Shown here piece after piece: positions 6,245 to 13,524 of a DNA stretch of 13,789 nucleotides. Below the pieces are notes generated by a model that saw only the letters and a list, made by a program, of their open reading frames with translations, ran no database searches and was not told the DNA's origin. Positions within the stretch are counted from its first letter, which is position 1; each line of letters begins with the position of its first letter. The position numbers were made by a program, and so were the translations under genes. The DNA is from a virus. The stretch covers positions 1-13,789 of IMG/VR virus record IMGVR_UViG_3300045988_121957. The stretch is one strand, 5' to 3'.

Positions 6245-6262
6245 AGAAAAGGAGAAAAGAAA

Positions 6263-6574
6263 ATGAATGTAAATGAAATTTTAGAACTTGGAAAACTTGG
6301 ATTTTCAAAAAATGAGATCATGGGGATTCTGAACGCTCAGAGTATGTCTGGACTTGGACAGATTACAACTCCGGAACAGGGTACTCCGCAGCAGACTACT
6401 CCGGTACAGATTCCAACTCCGGGACAGGATGCAACAAATACAGCATTGCTGACAGCAATCAACACTTTGACTGCTACCTTGCAGGCTGGGAACCTGTCAG
6501 CATCCGGGAAAACCGGAACAACACAGCGTACCTCTGACAACGTAGCGGAAGATCTGATGAAACTCATGAATTAA
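6263..6574 (+). CDS. Candidate scaffolding protein (103 aa)
   Basis: It lies immediately upstream of the major capsid gene and is about the size of phi29 gp7 (~98 aa). The ends look helical and are joined by a T/P/Q-rich linker. The call rests on position and composition only. Confidence 0.5.
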   Translation: MNVNEILELGKLGFSKNEIMGILNAQSMSGLGQITTPEQGTPQQTTPVQIPTPGQDATNTALLTAINTLTATLQAGNLSASGKTGTTQRTSDNVAEDLMKLMN

Positions 6575-6586
6575 GGGGGTAAATAA

Positions 6587-7786
6587 ATGGCAAACAGTTT
6601 AGTAGTCCAGGATGCCTATTTAATCATCAATGATTTATACAAGATGGCTACTGGTCGTGAAAACATCAAAGCAGTAGACACAAGTTCCTTTGTGTCGGTT
6701 GGCGAAACCATGTTGCGGACAGGTGTAGAACCAACACTTAAAGCACTCAGTCAGTGGTGTGGACGAACATACTTTGAAATGGAAAAATACAGATCCGGAG
6801 TGTTCCGGTCAATCATTGAGAATAACGAACGCTGGGGAGCTATCACACGTGAGATTATTTCTTTACCATTGGATGCAGAAGCTTCCCAGGATTGGAATAC
6901 TGATTTAAATGAAAATCAGCTTGCGGATGGTCAGTCGGTTGATATGTATAAAATCAATGCACCAAAAGTAGTAGAGTTGAAATTCTACGGAAGTAAAGTG
7001 TTGCAGTCACATATTACACGATTCCGGGATCAGCTGGCATTGGCTTTTTCCAACGAAGCAGAGTTTCTTATGTTTGTAAGTTCCTATATGACAGCTTACT
7101 ACAATGATATTGAATCAAGAAATGAAGCAAAACGCAGACTGACGGTGCTCAACTTCATGGCAGGAATTTCCTCTCTTGGAACAAATGAGGTGGATCTTGT
7201 AAAAGAGTATAACACAGACTATGGTACAGAGCTTACAAGAAAGCAGCTTTTAAGTCCGGAACATCACAGAGATTTCATGGCTTTTGTAGTTGCAAGAATT
7301 AAGAAAGATTCGAAGAAGATGCAGGATCGAACCACAAAGTATCACATGAATCTGACGGGGAAGGATATCTTGAGATTCACTAGAGCGGAGAATCAGAAAC
7401 TACTCATGTACACTGATTTCTGGATTGATTCCGAAACACAGGTATTCCCGACAGTCTTTAATGATGAACAGTTAAAGATTGCCGACAAAGAACTTGTAAA
7501 CGGTTGGCAGGAGTTTGACAGCCCGGCTATCAATATTACACCAAACATTATTGATGCTGACGGAGTTTCAAAAACGGCTACGAAAGCAGTAAATCTGCCA
7601 TATGTGCTTGGTCTTTTATATGACCGCAGGGCTATGGGAGTAAATAATCAGTGGATGTACTCAGCAGCTACACCATTCAATGCAGCCGGTGGCTATTACA
7701 ATATCTTTGACCACTACCGCTTCAATGCTTGGAACAACTTTACACACAATGCAATCCTTTATATATTGGGGGAGGGGGGTAAATGA
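6587..7786 (+). CDS. Major capsid protein, phi29 gp8-like (399 aa)
   Basis: 'FLMFVSSYMTAYYNDIE' parallels phi29 gp8 '[20 protein letters not shown]'. The position after the scaffold gene fits, and an AGGGGG SD is present. It lacks the C-terminal Ig-like extension of phi29 gp8. Confidence 0.8.
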   Translation: MANSLVVQDAYLIINDLYKMATGRENIKAVDTSSFVSVGETMLRTGVEPTLKALSQWCGRTYFEMEKYRSGVFRSIIENNERWGAITREIISLPLDAEASQDWNTDLNENQLADGQSVDMYKINAPKVVELKFYGSKVLQSHITRFRDQLALAFSNEAEFLMFVSSYMTAYYNDIESRNEAKRRLTVLNFMAGISSLGTNEVDLVKEYNTDYGTELTRKQLLSPEHHRDFMAFVVARIKKDSKKMQDRTTKYHMNLTGKDILRFTRAENQKLLMYTDFWIDSETQVFPTVFNDEQLKIADKELVNGWQEFDSPAINITPNIIDADGVSKTATKAVNLPYVLGLLYDRRAMGVNNQWMYSAATPFNAAGGYYNIFDHYRFNAWNNFTHNAILYILGEGGK

Positions 7787-8082
7787 AAAATTTTTATTTT
7801 CCTGCTTCATCAGAGCCAAGTCCATTACCTTTAACTGGTGAGGAAGGTGTTAGAAGAATTTTTGTTTTTTCAAATACAATATCAGAATCAAAGTTGATGT
7901 ACAAAAAACAAATAATTGGCTTTTTTAACATTAACAATAATATTGAAATTGAATTTAGAAGCTACTATGGTTTTCCAAAAATTTCTAATTTTTCAATCCT
8001 ACCATCTGCGAACACCTCAATACGTGTACTAATTGATACCGTACCAACTACTAGTGTGAGAGATGATTATTTTGAGGGTTAA
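7783..8082 (+). CDS. Hypothetical protein (99 aa); positionally equivalent to a head fibre/decoration gene
   Basis: ATGA overlap with the capsid stop, preceded by GGGGAGGGGGG. The composition looks beta-rich, and the ORF is more AT-rich than its neighbours. I recognised no motif. Confidence 0.5.
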   Translation: MKNFYFPASSEPSPLPLTGEEGVRRIFVFSNTISESKLMYKKQIIGFFNINNNIEIEFRSYYGFPKISNFSILPSANTSIRVLIDTVPTTSVRDDYFEG

Positions 8083-8088
8083 TGAATA

Positions 8089-8313
8089 ATGACAGACACA
8101 ATTTTAACCGTATTGGGAAACTATGCATTTCCTATCGTTTGTTGTATCGGTATGGCCTACTTTGTGAAGTACATGTATGACCAAACCAATGCAAGAGTTG
8201 ACAAACTCAACGAAGAACACAAAAACGAAGTTGACACACTTTCTGAGGTAATCAAAAACAATACGATTGCCTTAGAAAAGATGAATACATTAATCGAACA
8301 GATTGGAAAGTAG
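8089..8313 (+). CDS. Holin, BhlA/UviB-like (74 aa)
   Basis: A single N-terminal TM segment ('NYAFPIVCCIGMAYFVKYMY') is followed by a charged coiled-coil tail. This matches the architecture of BhlA-family holins. It lies directly upstream of the endolysin. Confidence 0.7.
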   Translation: MTDTILTVLGNYAFPIVCCIGMAYFVKYMYDQTNARVDKLNEEHKNEVDTLSEVIKNNTIALEKMNTLIEQIGK

Positions 8314-8320
8314 GTGCTAT

Positions 8321-8977
8321 ATGACAGCAAATGAACTTGTAGTATATGCTCATAATTTAATTGGCACTCCTTATGTGTGGGGTGGTAACACCCCAGCACA
8401 GGGACTTGACTGTTCCGGATTACTCTACTATATCCAGAAAAAAGCAGGATCAGAGGTTGAAGATATGACTGCTTCTGGCTATTCGACGATTGGAAAAAAG
8501 ATTGATATTGGGCAGAAAAAACCGGGTGATTTTCTCTTTTTTGGCAGACCAGTGACTCATTGTGCTATTTATGTTGGAAATGGATATATGATCGAAAGCC
8601 GAGGAGGACGAAAAAACACTGCTTCCAATCCTGGTATTGGAGTTGTCAAAAGCCTTGTAAGTCGTAGATCTGACTTATCCTGCATCCGCAGGGTATGGGA
8701 AGAATATAATGAAGAATTAACCTATTCGATTGGAAAAACATATACGACCAGGGTTGATCATTTACATGTACGCTACAGTGTATGGGGACAGATCAAAGAG
8801 TATGCACATCTGACAAGGGATGGCATGAAACATGCTTATTCCGATGGATGTCTGAAAAAAGGAACCACAGTCACGGTAAAGGATGTCAAAAAGGATGAAG
8901 CCGGAGCAACGTGGGTTAAGATTCCATCCGGCTGGATCTGCGCCATTACTTCAAAGGGAGATATATATTTGTCATGA
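8321..8977 (+). CDS. Endolysin: NlpC/P60 endopeptidase + C-terminal SH3b-like wall-binding domain (218 aa)
   Basis: 'GTPYVWGG...GLDCSGL' carries the catalytic Cys. 'GDFLFF...THCAIYVGNGYMIES' carries the catalytic His. The C-terminal 'GTTVTVKDV..GATWVKIPSGWI' is SH3b-like. I preferred ATG 8321 to the TTG at 8303 given in the track. Confidence 0.85.
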   Translation: MTANELVVYAHNLIGTPYVWGGNTPAQGLDCSGLLYYIQKKAGSEVEDMTASGYSTIGKKIDIGQKKPGDFLFFGRPVTHCAIYVGNGYMIESRGGRKNTASNPGIGVVKSLVSRRSDLSCIRRVWEEYNEELTYSIGKTYTTRVDHLHVRYSVWGQIKEYAHLTRDGMKHAYSDGCLKKGTTVTVKDVKKDEAGATWVKIPSGWICAITSKGDIYLS

Positions 8978-10317
8978 CAGAGATTATCTTATATCATTTT
9001 TCCAAAAGAAAAAACAGTACCAAAAGACCAACGGGGCAGGGCACTACTGTGCCCTGTCTTTTAAAATCAAATACCAGTTTTCAAAATCCAGTATTTAAGT
9101 TAAAGCTAGCAATGGATAGTGCATTACAATACAACTATTTGAAATGGGCTGACCATTACTATTTTATTAATTCGACAGTTTCACTGAATAACGACATGGT
9201 AGAGATCTCAGCCAGTGAGGATGTGCTGGCAACCTACCGGACAGAGATCAGCAACTATACATGTTTTATCGAGCGATCCAGTAAGCAGACTACGCTTGCC
9301 AATGACAGCATGTATATCCCAACAAATGACTGGGTAAGTCAATCTACGATTGTTGGTCAACCAATAAATACATTTGTGAATGGATATGCCCCAAACTATT
9401 TACTGCGTACTGTTTCGGTTGAGGGAATAAATACTTACTATATAAGAGGTACGCAATTGAATGATTTGTGCTCATTTATGTATACGTATGGATCCATTCC
9501 GGATGTAATGGAAACAGCATTGACACGTTTACTTTTTAATCCGTTTGAGTATATTCTTGATTTAAAATGGTTACCTTTTAGAGTTGATAAGTTCCTAAAC
9601 ATATTAGATACAGTAAAGCTTGGCTACTGGGACAGCAATGCAAATGCCTATCTGATAAATGATGCATCTTGTACTTTTTCCTACGATTTAAGCCTTGGTA
9701 ATCCCTTATATGCTGATACAGATTTTAGATTTTACAATGCATCTTTTTCAAAGTATAGCGTAAAGCTTCCATTTGTGGGGGTTATTCCTATCAATCCAGC
9801 AAAAACCCATAAGGGGCAGTTAAAAGCCACTTATAACTTTGATGCTGTATCCGGCATGGCTGATGTTTGGCTGACATCCGGATCTGATGAATATGCACAC
9901 TTTCAATGCCAGCTTGCCGTTCCAGTGCAAATTGGGTATGCATCTGCAAACATTGGACAGCTTACTACCAGCTTGATAGATGCTGGAACTAGCCTTGCTT
10001 CCGGTAACCCAATAGGGGCTATCACAAATACATTAGGAGCCTTTCAGAGTGTGACTTCTCCGGAGCCTAACATGGTAGGAACAGTTGGAAATATTGGCAG
10101 TATACTTAATAACATGGAAGCAAACAGCATCTGCTATGCCTGCACAAGCATAGATCCGGATGGAACTAGTGAGGGTTATGTAGATGGAACTATCCGAACT
10201 ATTTCTTCACTGACTGGCTTTGTAAAGTGCCGGAATGCATCTATCCAGATTGCAGGATTTGAGGGGGATCAAGAGCAGGTGAATAGTTACTTAAATAACG
10301 GATTTTACTTTGAATAG
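8974..10317 (+). CDS. Tail knob / distal tube protein, phi29 gp9-like (447 aa)
   Basis: 'KWADHYYFINSTV...SEDVLATY' parallels gp9 'NKWFYAFVTE...EIDVLQTW'. A Gly/Ala/Ser/Thr-rich hydrophobic segment ('SLIDAGTSLASGNPIGAITNTLGAF') resembles the gp9 membrane-active loop. C-terminal 'YLNNGFYFE' parallels 'IFDNGITLW'. These matches are from my memory of gp9. Confidence 0.65.
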   Translation: MTEIILYHFSKRKNSTKRPTGQGTTVPCLLKSNTSFQNPVFKLKLAMDSALQYNYLKWADHYYFINSTVSLNNDMVEISASEDVLATYRTEISNYTCFIERSSKQTTLANDSMYIPTNDWVSQSTIVGQPINTFVNGYAPNYLLRTVSVEGINTYYIRGTQLNDLCSFMYTYGSIPDVMETALTRLLFNPFEYILDLKWLPFRVDKFLNILDTVKLGYWDSNANAYLINDASCTFSYDLSLGNPLYADTDFRFYNASFSKYSVKLPFVGVIPINPAKTHKGQLKATYNFDAVSGMADVWLTSGSDEYAHFQCQLAVPVQIGYASANIGQLTTSLIDAGTSLASGNPIGAITNTLGAFQSVTSPEPNMVGTVGNIGSILNNMEANSICYACTSIDPDGTSEGYVDGTIRTISSLTGFVKCRNASIQIAGFEGDQEQVNSYLNNGFYFE

Positions 10318-10332
10318 AAAGAGGTGATAAAC

Positions 10333-11253
10333 ATGTGGACACCAGTTAACTTTGATAAAATCAACATTTGCACAAATTACTTCCAGCCATCCGGAATTAA
10401 AGTCGACAGCATATATACTGATACGTTTGATCGGATGCTTTATGAGCGTGTTTGTTCCATTTTAGACATTAGCTATAATGGAACTATTGACATCGATTAC
10501 TTCAAATATTGCCTTCTTTTCGGGGGGTATATTTGCATCACAAAGACAGATCTTTATGGACTGATTGCACAGTATCCAATGCTGACAGGCTACAATATTT
10601 ATTTTAAGCCTACCACAGCTACTATACATACGTATGCAAGCAATGCCGTTATTGACATGGAGGACATGGAGATTGGAAAAGACTGCGCCGTCATCTATCT
10701 AAGACCAACATTCTGCGGCATTGGGGATATCATCGGTTTTTACAGCTATAAGCTGGCACTGGTAGCAAGTGCTTTTGATATGAATGTTTTTAATTCAAAA
10801 CTTGCATTTTTGATAGCTGCAAAAAGTAAGGCAGCAGCCCAGACCTTGAAAAAAATCTATGACAGCATTCAATCCGGTAATCCGGTTGAGGCTTTTGATG
10901 TATCAATTAAAACTGAGGACAGACAAGGAAGCAAACAGGATGCCTGGGAGAGCTTTAATAAAGATCTGAAGCAAAACTTCATTGCACCGGAGCTGATTGA
11001 GGTATTTGAGAAACTTCTGGATCAGTTCGATACAGAGGTTGGTATTCCATCTGTCGGATCTGATAAAAAAGAACGTCTGAATGTACTTGAAACAAGCAAA
11101 AATGATGCAGAATCCGTGACAAGGCTCACTACTTGGCTTGAGACAATGCAAGCAGGGGTTGATATGACAAATAGACTTTACCCGGAGATGAACTTATCTA
11201 TCAAGATCAGAAGCTATGAGACTGCGGAGGTGAAAGCATATGGGACTTTATAG
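10333..11253 (+). CDS. Portal / connector (upper collar) protein, phi29 gp10-like (306 aa)
   Basis: 'GIPSVGSDKKERLNVLETSKNDAES' parallels gp10 '[27 protein letters not shown]'. The length is close to gp10 (309 aa). I preferred ATG 10333, 6 nt after GAGGTG, to the GTG at 10324, which lies inside the SD. Confidence 0.85.
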   Translation: MWTPVNFDKINICTNYFQPSGIKVDSIYTDTFDRMLYERVCSILDISYNGTIDIDYFKYCLLFGGYICITKTDLYGLIAQYPMLTGYNIYFKPTTATIHTYASNAVIDMEDMEIGKDCAVIYLRPTFCGIGDIIGFYSYKLALVASAFDMNVFNSKLAFLIAAKSKAAAQTLKKIYDSIQSGNPVEAFDVSIKTEDRQGSKQDAWESFNKDLKQNFIAPELIEVFEKLLDQFDTEVGIPSVGSDKKERLNVLETSKNDAESVTRLTTWLETMQAGVDMTNRLYPEMNLSIKIRSYETAEVKAYGTL

Positions 11254-11929
11254 AGTAACGATAGCAGGGCTTTATGAATGGAACAATACCCTATTTGACA
11301 AGATGGAGTTCCCGGAATCAGCTGACAGGCAAAATTTTATTGACAGCTTGCTTCTGTCCTATGGGGATTGTGAGCCACTTTATCCAGACTGGGATTTTAT
11401 GCATGAGAACGCCATACCTGCATGGAGCAGGAAGTGGAAAAGAAGCATAGACAAAGTCTATAAAGTATTAGATTTAACTGATTATGAACCACTTGAAAAC
11501 TATGACCGTCATGAAGAATGGACAGATAGCCCGGATATGACACGAACAAGTCAGAGTTCCGGACAGGATGTAAATAGGGCAGAAGCAGGACAGGGAACCA
11601 CTACGACCAACTCTGGGGCAGATACAGCTATCAATGATGTCAGTGCTTTTAACGATTCCAGCTACAGTCCGAACGAAAAAACAACAACGGAGTACGGGGG
11701 CAGCACAAAAGTACAAAGCTCTGGGGAAAACAAAAACACATTTGAATACGGAAAAGGTGAAACAAGCCGAGAGACAGGACAGAATAAGCATTCCGGACGT
11801 ATTCATGGGAATATTGGTGTGACCACTTCGCAGCAGATGGGGCTATCTGAGCTCAGTCTGAGGAAACAAAGCTTTATTGATTATTGCACTGGGCTTTTTG
11901 CACAGGATCTGCTTTTATTAATTTATTAA
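11240..11929 (+). CDS. Lower collar protein, phi29 gp11-like (229 aa)
   Basis: It follows the portal gene as in phi29. The C-terminal 'HGNIGVTTSQQM' motif is one I associate with Picovirinae lower collar proteins. The centre is S/T/G/N-rich. A GAGGTG SD is present. Confidence 0.6.
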   Translation: MGLYRVTIAGLYEWNNTLFDKMEFPESADRQNFIDSLLLSYGDCEPLYPDWDFMHENAIPAWSRKWKRSIDKVYKVLDLTDYEPLENYDRHEEWTDSPDMTRTSQSSGQDVNRAEAGQGTTTTNSGADTAINDVSAFNDSSYSPNEKTTTEYGGSTKVQSSGENKNTFEYGKGETSRETGQNKHSGRIHGNIGVTTSQQMGLSELSLRKQSFIDYCTGLFAQDLLLLIY

Positions 11930-11941
11930 GGAGGAATGATT

Positions 11942-13198
11942 ATGTTTTTTGAATACCCACATAGTTCTATGCAGGATATGAACTTAGACTGGTTGCTTAA
12001 AGTTGGCAAACAGGCTGACAAAGATCATGAAGAGTGGACGCATATTAAAGACACAGCACAGACCATGATTGATGATGCTATTCAAAAATCACTTGATGAT
12101 GGAGAGATCGGAAAAGTAGTAAATGAAGCTACTACAAAAGTCATCACTGAACAGATTGACCCATTAAAAGAACAGGTTGGAACAAATACAGCTGATATTA
12201 CAAAGTTACAAAAAAGAGAAGGTCTTTTTGACCACTCCGGAAAAACCATCATCATCGGAGACAGCTACACGGTTGGATATAGTCCAGAGGGTAATTTACA
12301 GCCCTGGACTACAAACTTTATCAAGTACACAGGGCTTGAAAATGTTACTATTTCCGCAAATGGCGGGGCATCTTTCTCAACAGCTGCTAATTCATTCCTT
12401 ATGCTTTTAAATGCTGTCCCTGCTTCTGATGACGTGAAACAGATCCTTGTAGTTGGAGGGTTTAATGAGTTCGGAACCTATTCAGAGATTGAAAACGCAA
12501 TCAATGCTTTTATGGGTGCTGCGGAGGTCAGATTCCCAAATGCAAAAGTCTTTGCCGCTATGGTAGCATGGTCAGTTGACCGGACGGATGACCCAAACGT
12601 GCAAAACAGATTAAAGATTGCAAAATCTGTTTATAATACACAGCGGAAGAATTGGCGGTATCTGGCAGGGTCAGATTATATCCTCCATGCTGATGGCTTT
12701 CTTGGATCTGATGGGTTCCATCCAAACAGTACCGGGCAGGAACGTCTTGCTACATATCTTTCTACAGCTGTAGAAACAGGAGTATGTAGTCCATCATTTT
12801 ACGAAGTTAGTGCAAACTTTGAAGCAGGTGACTTTGCACCAACTCTGGGATCAAGCTGGCCTTTTGTGAGTTCGTATAATGAAAATACAAGCACTTTAAT
12901 CTGGGGTAACTATGTTTGCTTACCAAACAGCAGAACGCTTGTCTGTGATGGCACTGAATACTATTTGGGGCGCATCTATTCGACTTCCTTTATCGGAGAT
13001 CATAACGGCTATACATGCTACCCAACCGCTGTGATCGTTAAGTCCAGCAGTGACTTTTTTCACATTCCTGCACAGCTTAACTTCCGAGGTCGACATATCT
13101 ATTTGAGTTTGTATGATATTTCTGATGATAAGCACAACTACCGGACTTTGACAGAAGTTACACAGGTACAGATTCATAGAGGATCAATTACCATGTAA
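11942..13198 (+). CDS. Tail appendage / receptor-binding protein with SGNH (GDSL) hydrolase domain (418 aa)
   Basis: SGNH block I 'IIIGDSYTVGY', block II 'ANGGASF', block III 'VVGGFNEF' and block V 'SDGFHPNSTG' are all present. An N-terminal helical region probably serves as the anchor, and a ~130-aa C-terminal domain is unassigned. ATG 11942 lies 7 nt after AAGGAGG; the track start at 11936 is too close to the SD. Confidence 0.75.
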   Translation: MFFEYPHSSMQDMNLDWLLKVGKQADKDHEEWTHIKDTAQTMIDDAIQKSLDDGEIGKVVNEATTKVITEQIDPLKEQVGTNTADITKLQKREGLFDHSGKTIIIGDSYTVGYSPEGNLQPWTTNFIKYTGLENVTISANGGASFSTAANSFLMLLNAVPASDDVKQILVVGGFNEFGTYSEIENAINAFMGAAEVRFPNAKVFAAMVAWSVDRTDDPNVQNRLKIAKSVYNTQRKNWRYLAGSDYILHADGFLGSDGFHPNSTGQERLATYLSTAVETGVCSPSFYEVSANFEAGDFAPTLGSSWPFVSSYNENTSTLIWGNYVCLPNSRTLVCDGTEYYLGRIYSTSFIGDHNGYTCYPTAVIVKSSSDFFHIPAQLNFRGRHIYLSLYDISDDKHNYRTLTEVTQVQIHRGSITM

Positions 13199-13210
13199 AT
13201 ATAAAATATG

Positions 13211-13239
13211 ATAGCCCAGCAGCCACTGGGCTATTTTTA
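13211..13239. terminator. Bidirectional intrinsic terminator between the convergent late (+) and right-early (-) units
   Basis: A perfect 9-bp stem pairs ATAGCCCAG with CTGGGCTAT around a 6-nt loop (CAGCCA). A T-run follows on the + strand and a U-rich tract follows on the minus strand. It sits 12 nt after the + strand stop and abuts the minus-strand stop at 13237-13239. Confidence 0.8.
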
Positions 13240-13512
13240 TGCATCTATCAAAAGGTTTCTGAGCAACTTTATTACTCCCCAGTTTGTTGAAGCATGATAA
13301 AATTTAGACTCTTTAAATGGCTGATAGTAAGTTACAGCCCAATCTTTATATCCAGTTAAGGATATTTCAATGTAATCTATATAGCAAAGATAGTATACAC
13401 ATAAATAATCGCCATTTTCGGATAATCCGCAAGTATAGCCTTGCTTCTCAAGATCACAAGTGAGTTGTTTAAGGTTCATTGTGTCTTTGTTGTAGTATGG
13501 ATTCACTTTCAT
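13237..13512 (-). CDS. Hypothetical right-end early protein (91 aa), Tyr/Cys-rich
   Basis: ORF track entry. An AGGAGG SD precedes the ATG (minus strand 'aaataggaggtatataacATG'). I recognised no motif. Confidence 0.65.
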   Translation of the reverse strand: MKVNPYYNKDTMNLKQLTCDLEKQGYTCGLSENGDYLCVYYLCYIDYIEISLTGYKDWAVTYYQPFKESKFYHASTNWGVIKLLRNLLIDA

Positions 13513-13524
13513 GTTATATACCTC

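Noticed and set aside
8303-10332. Non-ATG starts used by the ORF track: TTG 8303 for the endolysin and GTG 10324 for the portal.
   Set aside because: The GTG at 10324 lies inside the GAGGTG SD that serves ATG 10333. The TTG at 8303 overlaps the holin gene and adds 6 residues (MESRCY) with no support, while ATG 8321 begins a typical NlpC/P60 N-terminus.
5104-12410. Plus-strand off-frame track ORFs: 5104-5292, 5362-5568, 8883-9098, 11634-11822, 12177-12410.
   Set aside because: Each is fully nested out of frame inside a gene with recognisable motifs (ATPase, endolysin/tail knob, lower collar, SGNH protein). None has an SD or any recognisable motif.
790-13177. Minus-strand track ORFs inside + strand genes: 790-1098, 2096-2287, 3991-4173, 4983-5225, 5244-5462, 5504-5929, 6337-6567, 8157-8399, 10903-11151, 11474-11806, 12920-13177.
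   Set aside because: All lie antisense to well-supported genes. They lack SD sequences and have low-complexity or Cys/Phe-rich compositions typical of shadow ORFs.
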